This document shows, piece by piece, positions 46,241 to 53,938 of a stretch of 54,848 nt of DNA. Made by a program: the position numbers and the translations under genes. Location: IMG/VR virus record IMGVR_UViG_3300037346_000580, positions 64,001 through 118,848 of that record; one strand, 5' to 3'. Source of the stretch: a virus (lineage: Duplodnaviria > Heunggongvirae > Uroviricota > Caudoviricetes). The notes beneath the pieces are model-generated. The model did no database searches. It was not told the DNA's origin and saw nothing but the letters and a program-made list of their open reading frames with translations. Position 1 is the first letter of the stretch. Every line of letters starts with the position of its first letter.

Positions 46241-46844
46241 TTAAATAAAATTTTGACAAAATGTCTTTCTGTGATATTTAGTTATACCTATTTCTCTTAT
46301 TGCTTTTATATGATCAGCAGTACCGTAACCAACGTTAGTTACCCATCCATATTTAGGATATTCATTATCTAATGATTTCATTAACATATCCCTATATACT
46401 TTAGCAAGTATTGATGCCGCTGCTATTGATTGTATTTTAGAATCACCCTTTATTACACACTCGTATGGTATGCCGTTATATCCAGGAAATTTATCACCGT
46501 CTATGTATAAAAAATCCGGTACTTTACCACAAGAATCTATCGCTCTTTTCATAGCTAGAAACGTAGCTTGTAGTATATTTATTCTATCAACCTCCTCTGG
46601 TGAAGCTGCACCAATTCCCCAGCAGATAGCATTATCCATTATTAGTTTCTCTGCCTCCTCTCTTTTCTTAAGACTCTTAATAGTCTTACTGTCTTTTATC
46701 CTGGGATCACTAAATCCTGGTGGCAATATAACAGCTGCGGCCACTACCGCTCCGGAAAGACATCCTCTACCTCTAGCCCACCTCATCAACGCCAGCTATG
46801 TATTTCAGCTCGCGAAGTTGAGGTGGATCATTTTTTATTATCAT
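46241..46844 (-). pseudogene. rnhB: ribonuclease HII with 7-nt frameshifting insertion
   Basis: MIIKND...YIAGVDEVG then insertion (46770-46776) then RGCLSGAVVAAAVILP, DSK, YIDG, KGD..SIAAASILAKV.RD, GYGT. Confidence 0.9.
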
Positions 46845-46863
46845 TGTTTTTATTTTTAATTGT

Positions 46864-46917
46864 TTCTCTCATCTTTTCTATTGATACAGTGGAATGTTTT
46901 TTACCATAGTATTAATT
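46864..46917 (-). mobile_element. NUMOD3-like homing endonuclease remnant
   Basis: N*YYGKKHSTVSIEKMRE resembles the NUMOD3 pattern FYGKKHS.E...KM.E. Confidence 0.4.
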
Positions 46918-46961
46918 TTTTATGCTATATCTCATAAAAATCATGTCTATCTGGTCCATCT

Positions 46962-48533
46962 CTATTTTAAAGTTGTAAATTCTCCCTTTATGAAGTTTAT
47001 GTGCTGAGCTTTGCCATCCTCGTGTATAATGACATGGGATTGGAGCCAACCACTAGGACCTATATTATAATTAACCCTTAATTTTGTTGATGTACCAACG
47101 GCTAAAGCTCCGTCTTTTCTACCGGGTGAATGATAGTGTCCAACAACTATTTTAGTATTTAGTTTTCTAAATTGTATCAGAGATCCTCTAGTCCCATTTG
47201 AACCTATATCCCCATGCTGACCAAGTTCCCATCCATTTATAACAAAACTATCACTGCGACCTAATGTTATATAATTTGGGAATTTCTCATTTATTAAATA
47301 AGGTATGATTCCATTTGGAGCTTTACCCTTAAGTAATAGAGCACTATATTCCATATATTCTATGGAATTCTTCATGGTTGAAGCTTTTCTCCAGTCAGTT
47401 CCTTTTAACCATCTGTCCAGAAAATCATCATGATTACTCCTAACTATAATGGTATTATAATCCTTAAATACTTCCAATCCTTCAAGCATCTCATCAACTT
47501 CTCTCCTTAATGAATTAGTACCATCAACTTCTCTCTGGAATTGTATAAATGGATCCTTCGATTCATGGTGGTTGATTGAAAGTCCATCAAAAACATCATG
47601 CAGAATGACATTTTCTGGTCTTATAAGGGAAAATAAATCCAGGGTCTTACTTATCACTCGTTCATCATGCTGTCCGTAGTGTAGATCCCCCAATATCGCT
47701 GCAGACACCCTCTCGATTCTTTTAACCACACCCTTACCATCTCCAGGATCATAAGATGTATTAAAATATAAATCAGTAAAATCCCCATGATCGTCTGCAG
47801 TAACTTGTCTAGCAAAAAAAGTGTCCTTGTCTTTTATTTCTATAACAACAAAACCAAGAGTATGATGAAATTCACCCTTCTTACCGGCTTTTGAGTCTGT
47901 GTAGTTATTAACTGTGCATGCACCAGTCGTCATCATCATTTTTGGTAGATTACCTTCCAGTACGGGAATAGTCTCCATATGCACTCTAGGTGATCCAAAT
48001 ACGCAAGAGTTTATACCGCTCATTCCCTGAAGACCGGTCATAGGATCTACTGCGGTCGGTTGTATCTTAACATCTGACATAATCCACATATGCTTATGAA
48101 CTTCGTGTCTTCCAGCATCTAGATACTCTTCGATCCGTTCAGACCAAGTGTCATAATTTATATCAGTAAATATGGAGGTTGGGTTTTTATACCTCCCAGC
48201 TATTATATGAATATCAGCATTCAGAAAATCCGCATAAGCTTCCATATTTTCAACAAAGGTTTCATGTACGGGTGTATCATTCTGAGCCCACGTTATAATG
48301 AATCTTTTCTTCCTCTTATTGAATTTTCTTTCTTTAGCTTTTATAAATTGTGGGGATTCCTGTAGAGCTTTCTCTGTTATTCCTAGCTTAGAAGCCCAAG
48401 CCTGAACAGTTCTCTCAGATTTACCGAGATAGTTTTTAAGCTTTAGCATTCTATCATCCCAAGCTAAATTTCTATCCCAATAAACATCGGAAATTATTGT
48501 AATCTGTTCTGTAGTTAGATCTGAAAATTTCAT
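46962..48533 (-). CDS. T5 A1-like nuclease (HTH plus calcineurin-like domain)
   Basis: RFIITWAQNDT, TTGACTVNNY..KAGKKGE.HH.LG, FFARQV, GDLH, HDVFDG.SINHH, VRSNHD, QHGDIGSNG.RG, GHYH, YNIGPSGW, each paralleling recalled T5 A1 motifs. Confidence 0.75.
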   Translation of the reverse strand: MKFSDLTTEQITIISDVYWDRNLAWDDRMLKLKNYLGKSERTVQAWASKLGITEKALQESPQFIKAKERKFNKRKKRFIITWAQNDTPVHETFVENMEAYADFLNADIHIIAGRYKNPTSIFTDINYDTWSERIEEYLDAGRHEVHKHMWIMSDVKIQPTAVDPMTGLQGMSGINSCVFGSPRVHMETIPVLEGNLPKMMMTTGACTVNNYTDSKAGKKGEFHHTLGFVVIEIKDKDTFFARQVTADDHGDFTDLYFNTSYDPGDGKGVVKRIERVSAAILGDLHYGQHDERVISKTLDLFSLIRPENVILHDVFDGLSINHHESKDPFIQFQREVDGTNSLRREVDEMLEGLEVFKDYNTIIVRSNHDDFLDRWLKGTDWRKASTMKNSIEYMEYSALLLKGKAPNGIIPYLINEKFPNYITLGRSDSFVINGWELGQHGDIGSNGTRGSLIQFRKLNTKIVVGHYHSPGRKDGALAVGTSTKLRVNYNIGPSGWLQSHVIIHEDGKAQHINFIKGEFTTLK

Positions 48534-48557
48534 TAATTGATTTTTAATGTTTAATGA

Positions 48558-48567
48558 TATTTATATC
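48558..48567 (-). promoter_or_regulatory. GATATAAATA (contains the T4 late consensus TATAAATA)
   Basis: 24 nt upstream of the A1-like ATG. Confidence 0.5.
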
Positions 48568-48577
48568 TATTAACAAA

Positions 48578-48610
48578 ACAAAGGTTTCAGTATTTTTCTG
48601 AAACCTTTGT
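48578..48610. terminator. 13-bp hairpin, probable terminator
   Basis: acaaaggtttcag-tattttt-ctgaaacctttgt. Confidence 0.7.
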
Positions 48611-48628
48611 CTTTTTGCGGTATATTTA

Positions 48629-48883
48629 TTATAAATTATCTATATTCATAGTTTCTGGACTCTCGTGGAGAGTTTCATCAAGGTCTTTAAAGAAGTCAAG
48701 AATATATTTACATTTCTCAAATTCCTCAGTATATTCATAATATTTTAACATTGATGATTCTATTTCCTCTCTACTGGATAATATTTTTCTGGACATCATG
48801 CTCTTCTTCCCGTATTTAACCATACTGTTGAATGCGCTCTCAAAAACATATCTCTGATTTTCTCTATTGTTTATTGTCATCAC
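48629..48883 (-). CDS. small protein with UVR-like E.E.EKC..I motif
   Basis: YYEYTEEFEKCKYI. Confidence 0.65.
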   Translation of the reverse strand: MMTINNRENQRYVFESAFNSMVKYGKKSMMSRKILSSREEIESSMLKYYEYTEEFEKCKYILDFFKDLDETLHESPETMNIDNL

Positions 48884-49067
48884 TATTATTAAATTGTATT
48901 CTCATAAGATTTAAAAGATCCCGGCACTTATCGTAATCCTCAAGTCTTTCGAAAGTTTCCATACATTCTCTTATTTCTGTGATTGTTTTATTCTTTCCGT
49001 GTGTGCTCATTATGTCAGAATATAATTTAAGAGATGTCTCGTATATCAATATATCTGAACTTTTCAT
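48864..49067 (-). CDS. small protein with UVR-like motif
   Basis: likely start ATG 49067; TFERLEDYDKCRDL. Confidence 0.65.
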   Translation of the reverse strand: MKSSDILIYETSLKLYSDIMSTHGKNKTITEIRECMETFERLEDYDKCRDLLNLMRIQFNNSDDNKQ

Positions 49068-49360
49068 AATATATCTAGATTGATTATATCGGAGCATCTT
49101 TCATACTCCTCCCTGGTCTCACACCAGCTTAAATATTCTCGTAGAAAAATTGGGAATTCCTCACTATATATGCTACACATGAATATTTGGTAAGTACCAG
49201 GATTATTTGGGTCATTGTCTGCAGAGGTAAAAAGTGAAGCCATATCTCTATCCTTCATTATTGCAGATTTTACCTTCTCATAGAAAAGATCACCAAGATA
49301 CATACCACTTTTATCCTTTATATCTATAAAATCACTAAAAGTGCTAGAATTTATCTCCAT
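49064..49360 (-). CDS. small protein with UVR-like motif
   Basis: WCETREEYERCSDI. Confidence 0.65.
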   Translation of the reverse strand: MEINSSTFSDFIDIKDKSGMYLGDLFYEKVKSAIMKDRDMASLFTSADNDPNNPGTYQIFMCSIYSEEFPIFLREYLSWCETREEYERCSDIINLDIL

Positions 49361-49363
49361 GAT

Positions 49364-49750
49364 TTATCCACCTACTCCAAATATTACTTTAGCAGCTACC
49401 GCTATTAGTGCACCAAAAAGAATCCAGAGTGCCTGGTTTACACCCTTTTTCCAAGTTTTCATTTCCTGGATATCTATAGTAAATTGCATATAATTGTCGT
49501 AGCGATCCTGCTCCTGCATTCTAAATTTAGTATTCTCGTTTACCTTTACTATAACGCCATCATCGGGATCCAATAATTTCTTCTTTATGTCAGACATATC
49601 GTCCTTGATAGATTTTTGTTCTCTTTTTAAATCATCCATACTCGTTTGAAGAACTTTTATTTCACCGTTAGGCATACTAGATTTGAGATCTTTGATCTCA
49701 CCTAATATTTCCTTCATTAGAAAAGCTTGTGTTATTTCTTTTTCGTCCAT
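49364..49750 (-). CDS. coiled-coil protein with C-terminal TM helix
   Basis: ALWILFGALIAVAAKVIFG; GATATATAAG at 49803-49794 upstream. Confidence 0.7.
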   Translation of the reverse strand: MDEKEITQAFLMKEILGEIKDLKSSMPNGEIKVLQTSMDDLKREQKSIKDDMSDIKKKLLDPDDGVIVKVNENTKFRMQEQDRYDNYMQFTIDIQEMKTWKKGVNQALWILFGALIAVAAKVIFGVGG

Positions 49751-49822
49751 ATTTTATTTAGTTTATCTCCCAATAAACCAAAAATTTATTTGACTTATAT
49801 ATCAAAGTAACACATCCGATTT

Positions 49823-50044
49823 TTATCTAATAACCTTATTTATTGGGAAATCTATTACTATATCTGGGAGCTCCACAAAGACATCAAATCCCTCTGTGTC
49901 AGAAATAAGTTTAAAAATACCATAATAATCATCATCGGGACCGCCAAAACCATCCTCTAGTATTTCTATCCCCATTAGAGAAATTATTTCACATACTCCT
50001 ATATGTGATCTTGGATCGATTGTTTTTATATAGTATTCTAACAA
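49823..50044 (-). CDS. hypothetical protein
   Basis: 73-aa ORF. Confidence 0.6.
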   Translation of the reverse strand: MLEYYIKTIDPRSHIGVCEIISLMGIEILEDGFGGPDDDYYGIFKLISDTEGFDVFVELPDIVIDFPINKVIR

Positions 50045-50048
50045 AACT

Positions 50049-50336
50049 TTATTTTTTGTTTAATATTGCATTTGTTGGTATATCGGAATGTATTAGATAG
50101 TAGGTATTATCTGATTCATTAACAACAACCATTCTGTCACTATCCGCTGATCCTATTAATCTGAGAGTTAGGCAATCGTATATAAATTCACTATCCAGAT
50201 GTGAATGCTCAAGCTTAGATCTTCTTATGAACTTATTCTGATTTCTCTCATACATTTTAGCATAATGCTTCTTTATACTTTCCGATGGTTCGTTAATCTT
50301 TTTAAAATCCGGACCTAATATTATTGGTTTTTCCAT
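50049..50336 (-). CDS. hypothetical protein
   Basis: 95-aa ORF. Confidence 0.65.
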   Translation of the reverse strand: MEKPIILGPDFKKINEPSESIKKHYAKMYERNQNKFIRRSKLEHSHLDSEFIYDCLTLRLIGSADSDRMVVVNESDNTYYLIHSDIPTNAILNKK

Positions 50337-50338
50337 TG

Positions 50339-51118
50339 TTATAATTTTGATTGTTTTAGTATTCCTTTTTCGCTATTGAAACAATGCAGTGAAACTATAT
50401 GCATCGCAAAATATCCAGGTTTAACGTCCTTCCATCTTTCATAATCCCTTAACTTAAGCATGTCAAGTACATACATAAGTTTTCTACAAGCCATATAAAC
50501 ATCATCTCTGAAATGTCTTATATAATCGCAAGATCGAATATAATAGACAATGTGTATATTCTCACCTCTCCTCATAAAATGATAGCCAATTGTGCAAGGC
50601 ACTCTCTCACCATGAACCGTTCCAGTATCTTCAGGAAACCATATAGGTAGGAATGCCTGTCTTGTAAAAGGTTCTCTTTCCATCAAATCTATAACATCCC
50701 CAAAATCACCATACGCAAATCTAATCCCGGAAAGCTTAGCATCTTCACCATTCTCACCAGAAAACTTCGGCCAAATTCTCTCCGGATATGTGTGTGAGAA
50801 TTTCTCATGTCCACCGAACTGCTCATTGTTCTTTTGAGCAAATGGCCACCATTGATGGGAGGGTGGTGGATTCATTGGCAGTCCGCTGACTCTCTCAAGA
50901 AAGTGATCATCAGCCCAAGGAAGGTTTGGTCTAACCTCACTCTTAAGCTCTTCTAAAGTTTCAGGAACAAAAAACTGAAATGAATGATTCATGGTTTCCC
51001 ACATATCATCGGGGGATTCTATTCCCTGCCATTTTTCAGTTTTAACAACATATCCATAGTTGGATAGTCTTTCCTTTGTCCATTTTATTGCTTCGGCAGG
51101 TTTAGAGAAAGTTTTCAT
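50339..51118 (-). CDS. thymidylate-synthase-fold enzyme, putative dNMP (hydroxy)methylase
   Basis: TRQAFLPIW, VPCTIGYHF (catalytic Cys), IRSCDYIRHFRDD, SLHCF. Confidence 0.75.
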   Translation of the reverse strand: MKTFSKPAEAIKWTKERLSNYGYVVKTEKWQGIESPDDMWETMNHSFQFFVPETLEELKSEVRPNLPWADDHFLERVSGLPMNPPPSHQWWPFAQKNNEQFGGHEKFSHTYPERIWPKFSGENGEDAKLSGIRFAYGDFGDVIDLMEREPFTRQAFLPIWFPEDTGTVHGERVPCTIGYHFMRRGENIHIVYYIRSCDYIRHFRDDVYMACRKLMYVLDMLKLRDYERWKDVKPGYFAMHIVSLHCFNSEKGILKQSKL

Positions 51119-51176
51119 TTATAATGTTTGTATTTTTATATGATAGAAACATCAATAAATTTCGACAATATTAAAA

Positions 51177-51884
51177 CTATTTAGGAAAAAATATCTCATT
51201 AGTGGAAGGATCCCATTCAAACACAAAAGGCTTGTGTGCATAGTTATAATCCTCGTTAAGAACAGAAGCATTAAAGAAGTGCGTATCGCCATCAAAAACA
51301 TACCCATAGCCAGTGTGTATATGGCCACATATATGAATCTTTGGTTTTATCTCCTTTATCCTCTCGATTAACAGTTCACATCCTAAGTTCTCTTGTCTTC
51401 TTCCCTCGACGGTATCCAAGTATCCGAAAGCTGGTCCATGAGTTATTAGTATATCAGTAAGTTCAGGAATAGCTTCCCATTTGGACATAAGACCAGGTCC
51501 ATTCTTAGGTAGATTAAAAGCCCAGTCATAAAACCAGGGTTGCCAGGGAGAACCATAGATACTAACAAAATTATCCTGATTTCCATCTATAAAATGGGAA
51601 TCACTCTCGTCCTGTAAATAAGTAATATTTGGGTATTCGTTAACTATCATATTTGATTCGAGAGGAAAATTCTCAAATATACGATCATGATTACCAGCTA
51701 TGAATATTTTGGTTTCGTACCGGTCTAAAGAATTAAGCCATTTACAGAAATCATGTAATTCTTCCTTTTTATACCCTGTACCCATTATATCACCAGCAAA
51801 AAGAAGAAGATCCCCACCAGGAAGATCTTCTGTTATTTGATGATGTTTGCAATGAGTGTCAGATATTAATGTGATCTTCAACAT
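51177..51884 (-). CDS. calcineurin-like metallophosphoesterase
   Basis: ISDTH, FAGDI, IAGNHD, GSPWQP, LITHGP, HICGHIH. Confidence 0.9.
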   Translation of the reverse strand: MLKITLISDTHCKHHQITEDLPGGDLLLFAGDIMGTGYKKEELHDFCKWLNSLDRYETKIFIAGNHDRIFENFPLESNMIVNEYPNITYLQDESDSHFIDGNQDNFVSIYGSPWQPWFYDWAFNLPKNGPGLMSKWEAIPELTDILITHGPAFGYLDTVEGRRQENLGCELLIERIKEIKPKIHICGHIHTGYGYVFDGDTHFFNASVLNEDYNYAHKPFVFEWDPSTNEIFFPK

Positions 51885-51893
51885 ATTTTTAAT

Positions 51894-52064
51894 TTATTTT
51901 TTTATATTTTTCCAAACTAATTCTTCATATTCATAATATAATCTAAGAAATTACCGTTTGGTTTTTTTGCCGTTGATATAGTCAAACATACACTTCCTGG
52001 TTAATGTTGATACGAGCTTTAGCTCATAAAAAGTTCAACAATCACCACATCTGCTATTGTTCAT
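51894..52064 (-). pseudogene. small ORF with two in-frame stops
   Basis: MNNSRCGDC*TFYELKLVSTLTRKCMFDYINGKKTKR*FLRLLYEYEELVWKNIKK; TGA 52035-37, TAA 51951-53; fills the gap between flanking genes. Confidence 0.4.
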
Positions 52065-52563
52065 TCACCGAATCCTGTAAAATTCTGGATAATGCTGTTT
52101 CTATATTCTTAGATGAAGCTTTCTTAACCAGCGAGGATCTTTTAACAAATTCTATATTACTTCTCAAAAATATATCGTTCATATTACTTAGAAATTTCTT
52201 ATGATCTGATACAACATCATTATCCATTGCCTCTATCTCACTCTCTATCCTAGCAATCACGATTTCAAAAAGTTGGCTACCTATCCTTTCGTTTATTGTA
52301 ATATTAACAAAATTTATTCTTACCTGTCTATTCGTCAGAGCAATCACATATTTTTTGTCCTTCGTCTGGATTCTTATAGTTTTGCTATTGATGGAATATA
52401 TAATCTTATTTTCAGGATTTTCCAGTAGATTTTTAATAATTGATTTTATCTGTCTCTCCTCCCTGTTCATCTTGGGTGTGATATAAAGTATATCCCGCTT
52501 AACAGTTCTACCAAACTTTGGAAGGATTAAACTTATTCTCTTCTTAACATGTCTAAAGCTCAT
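52054..52563 (-). CDS. hypothetical protein
   Basis: 169-aa ORF behind a promoter. Confidence 0.7.
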   Translation of the reverse strand: MSFRHVKKRISLILPKFGRTVKRDILYITPKMNREERQIKSIIKNLLENPENKIIYSINSKTIRIQTKDKKYVIALTNRQVRINFVNITINERIGSQLFEIVIARIESEIEAMDNDVVSDHKKFLSNMNDIFLRSNIEFVKRSSLVKKASSKNIETALSRILQDSVNEQ

Positions 52564-52583
52564 CTTTTTATATTTTAGTTATG

Positions 52584-52612
52584 CAAATATATTACAATGT
52601 TACGAAATAAAA
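52584..52612 (-). promoter_or_regulatory. early-type promoter TCG-N11-TATATTTG
   Basis: core 52591-52584, TCG 52605-52603. Confidence 0.65.
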
Positions 52613-52615
52613 AAA

Positions 52616-53356
52616 TTATTTTTGATTTTTTAATATTTCCTTCATTCTTCTCGCACATAATAACGCGTAATCTCTACCATCCATTCCATATGAACCAATA
52701 GCCCACATGTCATTAACCTCAACCAGTCTGGTTAGACCATTAGAGTCGATACCAACATCCAATGTATATGCAGAAGGGCATTCAATGTAATCTTTAACCA
52801 TATTCTCAACAACGGACCAGCTGATATGCTCCTTCCATGTTCCTTTATAATGCTTAACATCATATATTTTACCACGACTAACAAAAACCCTATATTCGGA
52901 TAGAAACTCAATCACTTCAGATTTTATTACCTGCGTATCTGGCTGACATTTATCAAACATTACAAGATATTCAAGATGCTTAGGATTAGAAACAACATCA
53001 CCAGTAAACATCTTAACCTCATTTGCAGGCTTAACAAAATATGGAAAATCTGTTCCAAGATCTCTAAATGTCATCGTTTCTATTTTTCTACCCATATATT
53101 TCATAAGCTGCACCGGATATCCAATATATTTAGGTGTATCCACTCCACATGCTTCAAAGAATTTTTCGGTACCCTGCACAGAGCCTATGCATATATCTGT
53201 ATTAGGATCGGGGTTTCGCATCACTAGGGTATGTTCAAGATCATCACCGTCGTAAGGAACTATATTATATCCCATATCGATTAACGGTTGTTTTGCTATA
53301 TAAACAAAATCATCAAGCCATTCGCCATTTATTTTTTCCAAAAATGCTTCCATCAT
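52616..53356 (-). CDS. ATP-grasp protein, R2K/DUF4343 type
   Basis: FVKPA...K.FTG, EYRVFV, YTLDVG, LVEVND..AIG.YG. Confidence 0.75.
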   Translation of the reverse strand: MMEAFLEKINGEWLDDFVYIAKQPLIDMGYNIVPYDGDDLEHTLVMRNPDPNTDICIGSVQGTEKFFEACGVDTPKYIGYPVQLMKYMGRKIETMTFRDLGTDFPYFVKPANEVKMFTGDVVSNPKHLEYLVMFDKCQPDTQVIKSEVIEFLSEYRVFVSRGKIYDVKHYKGTWKEHISWSVVENMVKDYIECPSAYTLDVGIDSNGLTRLVEVNDMWAIGSYGMDGRDYALLCARRMKEILKNQK

Positions 53357-53392
53357 ATTAGATTAATTAATTTATCTTTTTATTATAGTATA

Positions 53393-53418
53393 AAAAAAAG
53401 ACTCATACGAGTCTTTTT
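53393..53418. terminator. intrinsic terminator
   Basis: aaaaagactc-atac-gagtcttttt. Confidence 0.8.
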
Positions 53419-53446
53419 AATTTTTTATATTTATTAATAGCGAATA

Positions 53447-53812
53447 TTAACTTAATAGCATTTCATCACCACCTTTTTTATCCTTATTCTTTGGTTTCTT
53501 ACCTTTTTTGGATTTGGGTTTGGTGACAACTGGTTCTATAGGAAATTCTGGTTTCTTTTTCCTGGTTGACTTTTTTTTCCCCGATTTAATAGCCATCTCC
53601 AATTCATTACTTAATATTTTACTAAGAACTTCCACCGCATCAATTGAATTCGAAGGGAATACCTTAATTCCATCTTGATTTTCTTCGAATTTCATATCAC
53701 TATCATAAAACATTTCGTTCCTTTCCTTGATTCTTTTCTTTTTTTCTTTTTTTATACCAATTAATAATATTACAATAACTAATAATAATGCTAATATAAC
53801 TAAGATTCCCAT
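53447..53812 (-). CDS. N-terminally anchored Lys-rich membrane protein
   Basis: MGILVILALLLVIVILLIGI then KKEKKK. Confidence 0.7.
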   Translation of the reverse strand: MGILVILALLLVIVILLIGIKKEKKKRIKERNEMFYDSDMKFEENQDGIKVFPSNSIDAVEVLSKILSNELEMAIKSGKKKSTRKKKPEFPIEPVVTKPKSKKGKKPKNKDKKGGDEMLLS

Positions 53813-53887
53813 TTTTTTATTTTAATTTTTCATCTTTATCTTTCTATACCAATTCAGTATAGTGATATTTTTGTTTCCTGCTATTTC

Positions 53888-53925
53888 TGTACCTTACCTT
53901 ATCTATACATCAAAAGTAAGGTACA
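53888..53925. other. 10-bp inverted repeat immediately 3' of the tmRNA
   Basis: tgtaccttac ... gtaaggtaca with 18-nt loop. Confidence 0.6.
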
Positions 53926-53938
53926 AAATCTCGCAAAG

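Noticed and set aside
16323-52037. TGA-to-Trp recoding suggested by in-frame TGAs at 16323, 28916 and 52035
   Set aside because: TGA is a real stop in many ATGA-coupled junctions (95-98, 4030-4033, 37030-37033), TGG is abundant, and in-frame TAAs also occur. Point lesions explain it better.
776-53227. Numerous short plus-strand track ORFs inside minus-strand genes (e.g. 776, 6223, 13857, 23305, 46470)
   Set aside because: Fully antisense to well-supported genes, with no promoter or motif support.
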